Of a DNA stretch of 64,000 nucleotides, positions 10,066 to 20,157 are shown piece after piece. Below the pieces are notes generated by a model, which was not told the origin of the DNA, did no database searches, and saw only the letters and a program-made list of their open reading frames with translations. Every line of letters starts with the position of its first letter. The first letter of the stretch is position 1. Both the position numbers and the translations under genes were made by a program. Where the stretch lies: contig DAHVLZ010000009.1 in assembly GCA_027320085.1 (NCBI GenBank), positions 96,001-160,000 on the forward strand, written 5' to 3'. This DNA comes from Pseudomonadota bacterium. Its GTDB lineage: Bacteria > Pseudomonadota > Gammaproteobacteria > JAKAQQ01.

Positions 10066-11340
10066 CCGGCATTCTCCAGGGCCAGGGCTCGCCTGAGTAT
10101 CGCACGACCCCCCCCCCCCGACACAGCGCTCGAACCAGACGCGTCCCGCACGACCCATGGTCCGGCAACGTTCCGGCTGAGCCTCGAGTTCCAGGAGGAG
10201 CCGGGCAAGCGTGGCGGCATCTCCTGAGGGGAGCCTGATCCCTCCACTGGATTCACGGAGAACGGTCTCACTATCGCCGGATCCCAGAAAGACGACTGGG
10301 CATCCCAACCCCAGATAATCGAAGAGCTTGCTGGGGAGAGCCGTCTGGAACAGGGGCGCTTCAGGAAACAAAAGAAGTCCCAGATCAGCCTCGCGAATGA
10401 GCGAACGCGCCTCCTGCCGCGTTAGAGGACCGGTAAAGCGGACCGGCAAACGCTCCCTCTCCGCACGCGCCCGGTAACCGGCTGCGCGCTCACCACCACC
10501 CACGAGAAGAAACACAATCCCCGTGTCGTGACCGATCTTCACAGCCGCGTCAAGGAGGGTATCCAGATCACTGGCCCGCCCCATGCTTCCGGCATAGATA
10601 ATCCGGAAACGGGCATCTCCCCAAGGAGATTCCGGAAGGTGACGGTGGGAGGTGTGGGTGGGGCTTGATCCGGGATCCAGGAGGAGTGCCGCGTCGGCGT
10701 TATAGAGAAGGCCCAACTTCTCATCCGGAACACCCTGTGCTTGGAGCGCCCGCTGGATCCCCGGAGTGGCACACAGAATGAACGCGGCCCGGCGTCGCAG
10801 CGCGCGCTGAAAGGCTGAAAGTCCACGACTGAGAAGACCAGGTTTCAAAACACCGAGCGCCAATGCGGTCTCGGGATAGAGGTCCCGCTCATCCAGGACC
10901 AGGCGCGCGCGAAAACGGCCAGCCACAGCCCAGGCCACGGGAGAAACCAGGACCGGGTCGGTTCCAACCAGCACAACGTCCGGTCTCTGCTTCATCCGGA
11001 TCAGCGCAGCCAGGAAACTCAAAGCAGCAAAGCGCGTGTAATGGATCAATCGTCGCCCCAGGCTTTTCCGGTAATCCACAAGCCCCGAGACCCTGAGGAA
11101 CCGGATTCCGTCTTGCTCACTCTCACTGCACCAGCCCCGACCATCTTTCCGCAGATCCTGGCCAGTCATATAGTGGATTGCCGACGTGATGACAGTGACC
11201 GAACATCCGAGGTCACGGAGCTGGCAGGCTTCCGCCCAGGGACGCACGGCCCCGGGTTCTTCCGGACGAGGACAGTGGAAGGTGAGGAAGAGGACGTGGA
11301 GCCTTCGGTCGGAAGCGCCATCCGACAGGCTAGGGGCCAT
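10062..11340 (-). CDS. GT4 family glycosyltransferase (WbuB-like); reads through into the DegT gene with the G12 tract as sequenced
   Basis: DERDLYPE, IIYAGSMG, GGGER, PSKLFDYL. A natural-looking end RAILRRALALENAG* at 10062 (ATGA overlap) is reached only with 11 G in the tract. Confidence 0.88.
10108..10119. repeat. C12/G12 homopolymer tract
   Basis: Twelve consecutive C on + strand; longest homopolymer I found in the window. Confidence 0.95.
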
Positions 11341-12436
11341 GGCCCGTCACGGCCACGTGGACCGCCCGAATCACGAGTCCAATTTCCGCCTCTCCCAGCC
11401 CATGGTGCACAGGAAGCGCAAGGATGGTTTCCGTGAGTCGCTCCGTCACGGGGAGCGAGACCTCACCGAGATGCTCGCGGATCACCGGTTGCTGGTGAAT
11501 TCCCCGCGGGTAGTGCACAGCAGTCGCAACCCCTTGTTTCGCAAGTCGTGCGGCCAGTGCATCCCGGTCGCACCCCATCACCCGCTCGTCCACAACCACC
11601 GAGTACTGATGCCAGGAGGACTCCGAGCCTTTAGGTTCGACCGGCAACTGCAGGCCGGGCACTCCATGAAGTCCGGCGGTCAGCTGGGAGGCATTCTGCC
11701 GTCGGCGCGCCAGCATCCCCTCCAGTCGCCCCAGCTGGGCATGCCCGATGGCCGCCTCCACGTCCGTCATTCGGTAGTTCCAACCGATCATCGTATGGAT
11801 GTACTTGGCTGTCTGACCATGCGTACGGAGATAACGCATCTTCCGGTCCAGCTCCGGATCCGGACTGGTCACCATCCCCCCTTCCCCGACGAAGAGGTTT
11901 TTCGTCGGATAGAAGGAGTAGCAGACACAGGCGCCGAGAGAGCCGATGTCCCGGCCACTGAACCGGGTCCCCATGGACTGGGCAGCATCCCAGATGATCC
12001 GCAAATTGTGTTCGGCCGCAAAGGACTCGATCGCATCGACCGGACAGGACGCACCAAACAGGTGGACCGGGACGATGCCCCGTGTTTTCGAGGTAAGACG
12101 CCGGGCCGCATCTTCCAGGTCAATCAGGTAGGTCCGGGGATCGACGTCACAAAGCACCGGGACCAGCCCCGTCTGCAGGGCCATGCTCGCTGTCGCAAAA
12201 AAGCTGAACGAGGGCATGAGGATCTCGTCTCCGGGCTCGAAGACGGCTGCATAGGCGAGGTGCAAGGCGGCGGACCCGTTGGCACAGGTCACTGCATGGC
12301 GGGCGCCGACCCGTTCGGCGAAAGTCCGCTCGAAACGGTCACATTCCACCCCCTGCCGGAGTTGTCCGGAGCGGAGTACTTGTAGGGCCGCCTCGATTTC
12401 GGGCTCAGCCAGGGTGGTGTCGGCCATGGGAATCAT
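11330..12436 (-). CDS. DegT family aminotransferase (WbpE-like)
   Basis: NGSAALHLA, PVHLFG, DAAQS, SFYPTKNL, GWNYRMTD, VHYP. Confidence 0.93.
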   Translation of the reverse strand: MIPMADTTLAEPEIEAALQVLRSGQLRQGVECDRFERTFAERVGARHAVTCANGSAALHLAYAAVFEPGDEILMPSFSFFATASMALQTGLVPVLCDVDPRTYLIDLEDAARRLTSKTRGIVPVHLFGASCPVDAIESFAAEHNLRIIWDAAQSMGTRFSGRDIGSLGACVCYSFYPTKNLFVGEGGMVTSPDPELDRKMRYLRTHGQTAKYIHTMIGWNYRMTDVEAAIGHAQLGRLEGMLARRRQNASQLTAGLHGVPGLQLPVEPKGSESSWHQYSVVVDERVMGCDRDALAARLAKQGVATAVHYPRGIHQQPVIREHLGEVSLPVTERLTETILALPVHHGLGEAEIGLVIRAVHVAVTGHGP

Positions 12437-13461
12437 CGGAGACTTGCCTCTCTCAGTTCTGGTTGCGAAACACTCGATTGAGCCAATCGATCGAGCAGGA
12501 GTTGGAGTTCGGCTGCTTCCGCCACCTGGCCGTAGGCCGGGTCTCGGTTCGCCCGGACGGCCTCCAGGAAAGTCCGGGCCTGGATCTGATATGGATCCTC
12601 CGGACCGGAGGGGGGACGGAGGGGGCTTGGGCCCGCGGGGTATCCGGCCCGTTCGCGGGACATAAACAGCTGAGACGGGAAGGTGGAGTCAATTGATGCA
12701 CGGATTCCTCCGTGAGGGCCCTCGATCTCGACCCATTGCGCAAATCCAGGTGTCAGAAAATCGGCCTCGAGAATCACGGCAGGCCCTTGGGGGTAGTCGA
12801 GACGGACCACCCAGAGATCATCGGCATCGACTGAAACCCTCTGCCCACCGATTTCCCGTTCCGGCTGGCGGAGATCCCGTACCAAAAGGCGGGCATCCTG
12901 AGGCGGTCCGAAAAACCAGAATGCAAGATCCAAGGCATGGACAAACATCTCGTTCGCGACCCCGCCGCCTTCGGCATGCCGATGTTTCCACGGCTGATGG
13001 GATCCCCTCCCCCCGATCCGGAAGAGGGCCAGATGGGGAGGGCCCAAGAGGGCCTCGTTCACGAGAAGACGCCTGACCTCTGCAAAGAGGGGAACCGAGC
13101 GATACAGAAATCCCACCATGCCGACCCCCCCTTTTTTCCGGAGACGCTCGGCCAGGTGCCGGGCTTCCCTCCCGCTTGGAGCCAGTGGTTTTTCCACAAG
13201 GAAGGCCTTCCCCGCATCCAAGGCTGCTTCGGCCAGGGGAACATGCGTCGGGGTCGGGGTCGTGATCACGACCGCCCGAATGGAATCGTCCCTGAACGCC
13301 GCATCGACCGTGAGGACCGACAATCCCTCCCGGTCGGCCAATGATTGGGCACGTTCGGGATCGATATCCGCGACCACCAGCTCAATTTCCGGTTCAATCC
13401 CGCGCAAACCGGCAATGTGGCGGGGTGCCTGCTTCCCGGCACCCAGGATCGCCAACCTCAC
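12433..13461 (-). CDS. Gfo/Idh/MocA family oxidoreductase (WbpB-like)
   Basis: ILGAG, TPTPTH, LVEKPL, GGGVANEMFVHALD. Confidence 0.88.
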   Translation of the reverse strand: MRLAILGAGKQAPRHIAGLRGIEPEIELVVADIDPERAQSLADREGLSVLTVDAAFRDDSIRAVVITTPTPTHVPLAEAALDAGKAFLVEKPLAPSGREARHLAERLRKKGGVGMVGFLYRSVPLFAEVRRLLVNEALLGPPHLALFRIGGRGSHQPWKHRHAEGGGVANEMFVHALDLAFWFFGPPQDARLLVRDLRQPEREIGGQRVSVDADDLWVVRLDYPQGPAVILEADFLTPGFAQWVEIEGPHGGIRASIDSTFPSQLFMSRERAGYPAGPSPLRPPSGPEDPYQIQARTFLEAVRANRDPAYGQVAEAAELQLLLDRLAQSSVSQPELREASLR

Positions 13462-14153
13462 GGGTGCGGATCCTCCGGGATCAGTCCTCTCCAGGAGAGG
13501 GCGAGGTTGCGTTCAAGAAGGGATTCCGGCAAAGGCTCGAAACGAGCCGGTACACCGCGGGCCAACATCCGGGGTGGCACATCCCGGGTGACTACAGCCC
13601 CTGCCGCCACAAAAGCATCCTCCCCGATCCGGACACCAGGACAGAGTGTGGCCCCACCCCCCACCGTCACGCCAGTCTCGAGAATAGGGCCCTCGGGGCG
13701 GTAGCGATCCCGCTGTTTCAGCGGGTAACGGTCATTGGTCATCACCACGCCCGGACCTACGAACACCCGTTCACCGATCCGGACCCGGGTCGGGATATAG
13801 CAGTGGGATTCGATCTTGACGAAGCTCGCAATCTCGACTTCACCGTCGATGATAGTTCCTGACCCAACGAGTACATGGTGGCCGATCCGGGTCTTTTCGC
13901 GAATAAGTACATGGTGGCCGGTTTGGAAATGATCCCCAATCAGCACATCAGCGTAGAGAATGGTACCCGACCGGATTCGGGCGCCGATGCCGAGCTGCAA
14001 CGGGGCCGCATCGTCGCGGTAACAATAGCCCACCACGCACCCGGGGTCGATCCGGGCATCAGCACCCACTTCGGCCCGGGGTTCCCTGGGAAGCGGAGCG
14101 GGGACACGGTGCCGCAAAGACTGCCTCTCTGACACGGGGATGCCACGAAACAA
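13458..14153 (-). CDS. hexapeptide-repeat N-acetyltransferase (WbpD-like)
   Basis: IG repeats, VFVGPGVVMTNDRYP, GATLCPGVRIGE, AGAVVTRDVP, GVPAR. Start uncertain. Confidence 0.9.
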   Translation of the reverse strand: MFRGIPVSERQSLRHRVPAPLPREPRAEVGADARIDPGCVVGYCYRDDAAPLQLGIGARIRSGTILYADVLIGDHFQTGHHVLIREKTRIGHHVLVGSGTIIDGEVEIASFVKIESHCYIPTRVRIGERVFVGPGVVMTNDRYPLKQRDRYRPEGPILETGVTVGGGATLCPGVRIGEDAFVAAGAVVTRDVPPRMLARGVPARFEPLPESLLERNLALSWRGLIPEDPHP

Positions 14154-14160
14154 GCCCGCG

Positions 14161-14237
14161 CATTATACCCGAACCCAACCCGAGTCTTTAGCCTTCCTAA
14201 GGTACCGCCGGGGGGGAACGGCAGGAATGCTATGATG
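14161..14237. promoter_or_regulatory. candidate divergent sigma70 -10 elements
   Basis: TATAAT on minus strand at 14162-14167; TGcTATGAT (extended -10 like) on plus strand at about 14228-14237. Confidence 0.45.
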
Positions 14238-15131
14238 CCATCGAGCCGAACCAATCTTGGATCCCACATGCCGGAAACCCCTAACGCCCCAAGCAACCGA
14301 GAGCCCGGAGAGAGCTTTGACCTGGTCGATCTGTGGATCCTTTTCCGGACCCGGGTCCTTGTGTTCTGGGGCACCGTCACACTTGCTCTGGCGGTCGGGA
14401 TCGGACTTGTCCTCTCCAGTACCCCGCAGTTCCGCTACACGGCGCTCATCCGCGTAGGCAGCCAGCGGATGGGGGAACGGTTTGTCCCGGTCATGCCGAC
14501 CCCACTCGTACGAAGCTGGATCATCCATTCGGTGGCCCCTCTCTCGGCCCTCCAGCTCAGTAAAAACCTCCCTGAGGCCCAAGCCATCGAAACCCGCCTC
14601 GAGGTCTCTCCGATCGTGCGTGGATCGGGTGTACTGCTTCAGGTGAACGGCACCCAGACCCAATCGAAAACGATTCAAGCCCTTTTCGCCGCGATCGGTC
14701 AACACGTTGAGCAAAGCACCAACGCCCATCTGGTGGCACAAGAGGAAAAATCCAGCCGGATCCTCAAAGCTGAGATCCAAAGCATTAAAAGGGAGATCGG
14801 AGTCTTCCAGGCCCAACAAAAACGAGTTGGACACCGAACAGCTTCTCTCAACCGGCGTGCACAGTTCGATGAGATCGAGTTTTTAGCTCTTGAAATCAGC
14901 AATTTGGAGCGTCAGAAAATCCACTTGGAGCAACTTCTCGCCCGACCGACCGACCGCTTGACAGAGCTTTTGGGCCCGGTCAGCCGGTCCCCGGGTCCTG
15001 TCGGTCTCACCCCGATCAAGAAGGTCGGCATCTTTTTGCTCCTTGGGGCGGTTTTAGGAGCGGCTTTGGTCATACTGCTGCATCTTCGGGATCAAGCCCG
15101 GAAACGCTTGCGAAAGCAGGCCGGTTCCTAA
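14232..15131 (+). CDS. Wzz-like polysaccharide chain-length determinant
   Basis: FDLVDLW, N-terminal TM followed by PQFRYTALI, central coiled coil, Pro-rich segment then Gly-rich C-terminal TM (LLGAVLGAALV). Confidence 0.8.
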   Translation: MMPSSRTNLGSHMPETPNAPSNREPGESFDLVDLWILFRTRVLVFWGTVTLALAVGIGLVLSSTPQFRYTALIRVGSQRMGERFVPVMPTPLVRSWIIHSVAPLSALQLSKNLPEAQAIETRLEVSPIVRGSGVLLQVNGTQTQSKTIQALFAAIGQHVEQSTNAHLVAQEEKSSRILKAEIQSIKREIGVFQAQQKRVGHRTASLNRRAQFDEIEFLALEISNLERQKIHLEQLLARPTDRLTELLGPVSRSPGPVGLTPIKKVGIFLLLGAVLGAALVILLHLRDQARKRLRKQAGS

Positions 15132-15292
15132 AGCAACCGGGTTTTATACCACCAAGGATGGAAGAGAGTTCATGGGTGTTCGGCTGGGCAACGGGGGGAA
15201 AGAGGCCAGTGCCCCTTCGTGACCAAATCCCGAACTGTCTCCGGTAACCCTTCGCCCGACCCCAGGCTCTTCGAGTACCGGGTACTGACCGA

Positions 15293-16435
15293 TCAACTCT
15301 CGCCAATCACGGAAAGCGCACAATCGACGATTCGCTCCGCTGCATGCCCATCCCCAAACGGCTCTTTCCAGTCCACCTGGGCACTGAGAGCCTGGGAGGC
15401 CCCAGCCACGATACGGTCCGGATCGGTGCCGACCAGCCGGTTGGCCCCTATTTCGATCGTCTCCACCCACTCGGTATTTTCACGGAGGGTTACACAGGGA
15501 ATCCGATGGATACACGCTTCCTGCTGCACCCCGCCGGAGTCAGTCAGAACCAAGCCCGCGCGGGAAAGCAGGGCAAGAAACTCGAGGTACCCGCTTCCGG
15601 GGCGGATGTCGACCCGATCCAGGGAATGCACCCACTCCTCGAGGCCGAATTCCCGCAAGCGTTTAAGCGTTCTTGGGTGCGCGAGACAGAGCACCGTGAG
15701 GTCGAGCGCCTCGGCAACATGTGCGACCCCGGTGAAAATCCCGCGCAGGCGAACCGGATCATCCACGTTCTCTTCACGGTGAGTCGTGAGGATTGCATAA
15801 GAGTGCCCGTCATCCCGGGCCCGCCGATCTGGTTGACCGAACCGTCTGAGGGCCAGCGCCAGATGGGCCCGAGAGGCATCCACGATCGGATTCCCCGTCT
15901 CGATGATCTTGCCCCGCACGGACTCTCGCTCGAGCTGACGTCCCGCCTTGGACGAGGAGGTAAACAAGTACTCGGAGATGTGATCGATGATCCGGCGATT
16001 GTGCTCCTCCGGCATGCACCAGTCGTAGGAGCGTTCACCCGCCTCCACATGTCCCACCCGGATGCCCAGTTTGCGGGCCGCCAAGGCGCCGGCGAGGTTC
16101 GTGTTGGCATCCCCTCCAACCAGCACCAAACGAGGTTTCCGTTCGAGCAAGACCTGCTCGACCCCTTCCAGCATGGCTGCGGTCTGACCCCCATGCGTCG
16201 GTTTTTCGGACACTCCTTCCAGCCGGTAATCGGGTACAGGCAACTCCAGATCCGAGAAGAACTGGGCATCCATGTTCGGCGAGTAATGTTGCCCCGTATG
16301 GATGACGAAATGGGCTCCAGCTTTTTTCCTCAGATGGGTGATGATAGGCGCAAACATCACGATGCCCGGCCGGGTTCCCACCACCACTCCGACCTCGGGC
16401 CGAAGCACTTCTGGACGCAATACTTTTTCACTCAT
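15293..16435 (-). CDS. non-hydrolysing UDP-GlcNAc 2-epimerase family (WecB/WbpI-like)
   Basis: GTRP, HTGQHYS, HVEAG, MPEEHNR, TGNP, HREEN, TDSGGVQQEA, RENTEW. Confidence 0.93.
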   Translation of the reverse strand: MSEKVLRPEVLRPEVGVVVGTRPGIVMFAPIITHLRKKAGAHFVIHTGQHYSPNMDAQFFSDLELPVPDYRLEGVSEKPTHGGQTAAMLEGVEQVLLERKPRLVLVGGDANTNLAGALAARKLGIRVGHVEAGERSYDWCMPEEHNRRIIDHISEYLFTSSSKAGRQLERESVRGKIIETGNPIVDASRAHLALALRRFGQPDRRARDDGHSYAILTTHREENVDDPVRLRGIFTGVAHVAEALDLTVLCLAHPRTLKRLREFGLEEWVHSLDRVDIRPGSGYLEFLALLSRAGLVLTDSGGVQQEACIHRIPCVTLRENTEWVETIEIGANRLVGTDPDRIVAGASQALSAQVDWKEPFGDGHAAERIVDCALSVIGES

Positions 16436-17675
16436 GTTTCACCTCGTGGGCTTCGGATCCATCTTTCAGACATTGCTGCAACCACGGCCGGATTTCACTG
16501 GCGGCCCGTTCCCAGTTGTAGATCTCCTCGAAAGCCTGGCGGGCATGACGCCGGAAGCGGCTCAAACGGTCTGGCTCGGCGAGCAGTTCGCCGAGAACCT
16601 GGGCCACAGCCTCGGGGCTTGCCGTATCGACCAAAACACCGCAATCGGTCTCCACCACCGCACGACCGATCTCGCCGAAACGCGGCGCGAGGATGGCCAT
16701 CCCGGTCTGCATATAGGTGAAAATCTTGCGGCCATTTAAGGCACCCACCTTTTTGTACAGAGGTGACTCCGGCTGATGCAGAGCCAGACCGATCTCCGCA
16801 CCCGCGATTCGAGCAAGCATTTCCCGGTAAGACAATGGAGGCGAGATCTCGACCTGATCCGTCAATCCCAGCCCGTTCATGCGCTCCGTGAGTGCGGGGG
16901 TCCAGCCGGGCCCGACCAGAAGCAGGGTGAGGTTCGGAAAATGCGGTTTGAGCAAGACCAGTGCCTGAAGCGCAACGCCGATCCCTTTGCGTTCGAGAAG
17001 TCCACCGACGTAACAGATCACCCGGCGCCCGGTCTTCCCCTCTGGCCCAATCCTGGATTTCCAGGGACCGTCATCGGCCAGGGCGGGGAGGTTCGGCACC
17101 ACCCGGACGGAGTCGTTGAAACGCCGAAGCTGGGTCTCGAACCAGCCGCCACGAGAGTCCACGGCAAAAATCCCTCGCATCGGTCGGAGTGCCAGACCTT
17201 CGAGCCATCGCAGCAAAGGCCAGGTCACGGATCCCAAGGGACCGAAGTAACGCGACACATCCCAGGCGTAATATTCCGCACTATCGTAAAACCAGCTCGC
17301 GCGCGTGAAGCGCCAGACCAGGGGCAGTTGGAAAAGATGGGTGGCCACCAGGATGGGCGGCCGGGATGCGGATCGGGTCTCTTCCCGGATGATCCGTGAG
17401 AGGGCCCGCCAGTAGCGGGGCATGGCCAAAAGCAGACGCGCACTCTCAGTCGGTGCGCGGAGATGGACAGTTGCGAGGACTGCCTTTTGATCCGGCATAC
17501 CCAGGCTGCCCGGCAAGCGATCCCAGACCACAAAACCGGGGGCTTCCCCGATATTCTCAAACAGGCGGAAAGTATTCCATTGCCGTGGCGTGGGCGTGAC
17601 GTTGAAACAGAGGATGATCACCCGTCTCTTGTTCAAGATCGTCTCATGGTTCCCATGCCGTTCCGCGTGCGGCAT
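16428..17675 (-). CDS. GT4 family glycosyltransferase
   Basis: YVGGLLERKGI, LLVGP, KIFTYMQTG, YNWE. Start uncertain. Confidence 0.85.
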   Translation of the reverse strand: MPHAERHGNHETILNKRRVIILCFNVTPTPRQWNTFRLFENIGEAPGFVVWDRLPGSLGMPDQKAVLATVHLRAPTESARLLLAMPRYWRALSRIIREETRSASRPPILVATHLFQLPLVWRFTRASWFYDSAEYYAWDVSRYFGPLGSVTWPLLRWLEGLALRPMRGIFAVDSRGGWFETQLRRFNDSVRVVPNLPALADDGPWKSRIGPEGKTGRRVICYVGGLLERKGIGVALQALVLLKPHFPNLTLLLVGPGWTPALTERMNGLGLTDQVEISPPLSYREMLARIAGAEIGLALHQPESPLYKKVGALNGRKIFTYMQTGMAILAPRFGEIGRAVVETDCGVLVDTASPEAVAQVLGELLAEPDRLSRFRRHARQAFEEIYNWERAASEIRPWLQQCLKDGSEAHEVKHE

Positions 17676-18838
17676 TCCGCGACAGCCTCGGCGTAAACCG
17701 ACGAGATCTGGTCTGTCACCGTCGTCCATCCAAACCGGGATTGGGCCTCCCGTGAAATCGCCTCCCGATCCCAACTCCGCCCGACGATCTCCCGCATGGC
17801 GGAACCCAGTTCAGAAACCGCACCCGCCGGTACGAGAAGACCATTTTGGCCCGGTTGGATCAGTGAGATCAATGCGGGAATCGCGCTTCCGATGACCGGC
17901 GTTCCACAACACAGGCTTTCCAGGACCGTGACCGGATTCCCCTCCCCGTAGGAGGGAAGAATGAAGCAATCGGCAGCTGCGAGGTATTGCGATACGCTCT
18001 CGTGGGACTGCCATCCCCGCAGGATGAGCCGACCTTCCGAGTGACGGGCCCGCCGCTCGAGATCGGCCCAGAGGGATCCGGTTCCCGCGAGGAGCAATCG
18101 CGCTTTTTCCGGGGCCGAGGAAAAAAAGGCACGGACAATATCCGCGACGCCCTTGGCAGGCTCCAGATTGCCAAGGAAAAGGAACAGAGGCCCTTCCTGC
18201 GGCAAGTCCAGCGCATGACGGGTGGCTTCTCGCGCCATCGGCCTGAAAAGACGAGTCTCCACACCATTTGGAATGATCCGCATCCGTCCGGGATCAGCTC
18301 CAAGTCCTTCCAGGGGGGCACGAAAATAGTCGGCGACTACGATGATCCGGGTGGCGCGTTCCACAACCGTGCGTGCCGTGGAGCGGTAGGCGGCCTGGCC
18401 AAGGTCCCGGTACACGTCACCGGCATGAGCGGTCACAACGGTGGGGATGGGTGCATCGCCAACCGCGCGGATCGCGGCCAGACCGGGTGGGCTCAGCCAA
18501 TGGGCATGAATGAGATCGTAGGGGATCCCACCGGAAAACAACTCCCGTCGGGCGAGCGCGGCAAGCTCGCGGCTGCGGACCCGACGATTCCGCGGAACAT
18601 AAAGGTAGGCAGGACGTTTCACGGTCGCGGGCAGAACGCCGGTGAAGGTGGTTTGGGCCTCCAGATTCCGCGCACGCGATTCCAGCCAGCGGGAGGGAAT
18701 GCACGGCAACCAGGGGCGCGGGAACAGCACCGTAATCTCATGACGACCGGCAAGAGCCGTGACCTGGGCCCGGATGAAAATCCCCCGTCCCGGGTGTTCC
18801 GCCGTCGGGAAGGTTTCGGTCAGGACCAGGACACGCAT
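17633..18838 (-). CDS. GT4 family glycosyltransferase
   Basis: MRVLVLTETFP, DLIHAHW, IIPNGV, LGNLEPAKG, PSYGEGNPVTVLESLCCGTPV (EX7E). Confidence 0.92.
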   Translation of the reverse strand: MRVLVLTETFPTAEHPGRGIFIRAQVTALAGRHEITVLFPRPWLPCIPSRWLESRARNLEAQTTFTGVLPATVKRPAYLYVPRNRRVRSRELAALARRELFSGGIPYDLIHAHWLSPPGLAAIRAVGDAPIPTVVTAHAGDVYRDLGQAAYRSTARTVVERATRIIVVADYFRAPLEGLGADPGRMRIIPNGVETRLFRPMAREATRHALDLPQEGPLFLFLGNLEPAKGVADIVRAFFSSAPEKARLLLAGTGSLWADLERRARHSEGRLILRGWQSHESVSQYLAAADCFILPSYGEGNPVTVLESLCCGTPVIGSAIPALISLIQPGQNGLLVPAGAVSELGSAMREIVGRSWDREAISREAQSRFGWTTVTDQISSVYAEAVAECRTRNGMGTMRRS

Positions 18839-18845
18839 GGACCGG

Positions 18846-20110
18846 TCAGTCGCTGGGAGCGGGAGCGCGCGGAACCACAAGCGTCCGCCATGCGGATGCC
18901 ACCAACAAAGCCAGTAGAAACCAGAGGAAACGATCACGCTGCGTGCCGAGTGCAAGGGATTGCACGGCACTGGCGAGGGCCGCCACCCAAAGGCCCGTGT
19001 GATGGAAGTAGGACTCACGATTTGGGGATATACGCAGGCGGGAGTGGGCACGCCAACCTAGCCAGAATATGATCCCCCCAGCCACGACGAGTGCCAGGAG
19101 GGAGGGGATCCCGCTTTCATCCTGAACTGCGATCCACAGGTTGTGGGGGCCCTGTTTGGGCTTGGAGATCGGAAAGGGAAGATAAGGAGGCATATCGGCA
19201 CTGACATTAGCCGGACCCACCCCCCAAAGGGGATGGGATGCGGCCATCGCGATCCCGCCGAGTGCAAGGTTCAAGCGCTCGGATCCGACCGCCCCGATGG
19301 AATGCTCCGACCGGACGATCTGGGTGTTGATCCGTTCGAGATAGACGCCCCCGGCAGCCAGCACGATGATCGAGAAAAGTCCCAGGGTGAGCGCCAGGAG
19401 AGTTCCGCTCCGTCTTCCGGCCTGCGGAAACAGAAACCAGGCAACCAGGGCCAGAACCACGAGAAGCCCGATCAGCCCCCCGAGTGAAACGGTCCGGCCA
19501 ATTCCCCAGACAAGCACCAACGAGACGAGCAGTGCGAGGACCTTGCGGGCGGCCTTCCGTTCGGTGGCAACCCAGGCCAAGGCCAGGGCGAGACCGATGT
19601 TGAACGCGAAAGCGGTGAGGTTGGGGTCGCCGATTCCCGCACCCGCCCGAAGAATGAAGCCATGTGTGAGATCTTCCACCCAGAGCACATGGCCCAGAAA
19701 CTCAAGGCTTCCACTCACCATCATGAAAGCAAGGACGGCCAAGGCAGCAGGCAGCAGCTTCGCCAGGTTTCTTCCAAGACCCGGATCATCCACACAGATC
19801 TGGACCAGAACGAAAAACAGGATGAGACGGGCGAGGTAGGCGCCACAGAGGGCCAGGGAGATGGGTCGACCAGGCGAGACCCAGGATGAAACCAGGACCA
19901 GCCCGAAAAATACGGACAGGGACAACCAGAGAAGGCTCAGGTTTCCACCGACGGCCGGCATGCGTCCGTTCCGGCCCAGAACCCAGGCCAAGCTCATCCC
20001 CAAGGTCAAAAGCGGAACGAGAAGCGGGTGCCCTGCCACCGCCAGGGGTTTAAGGAGCTTCGCGGGCACACAAAGCGCCACAGTCAAGGCATAGACAACA
20101 AGCCGGACCC
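18846..20110 (-). CDS. O-antigen ligase/polymerase (Wzy_C) family membrane protein
   Basis: About 11-12 hydrophobic segments, GDPNLTA, SLGG, ERL, HPLWGVG, PHNLW. Start codon unclear (see findings). Confidence 0.8.
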
Positions 20111-20157
20111 ACAGGGGTCCTCGATGAAAGGGTTGATCGGGTCGGACCCGGGGGGCC

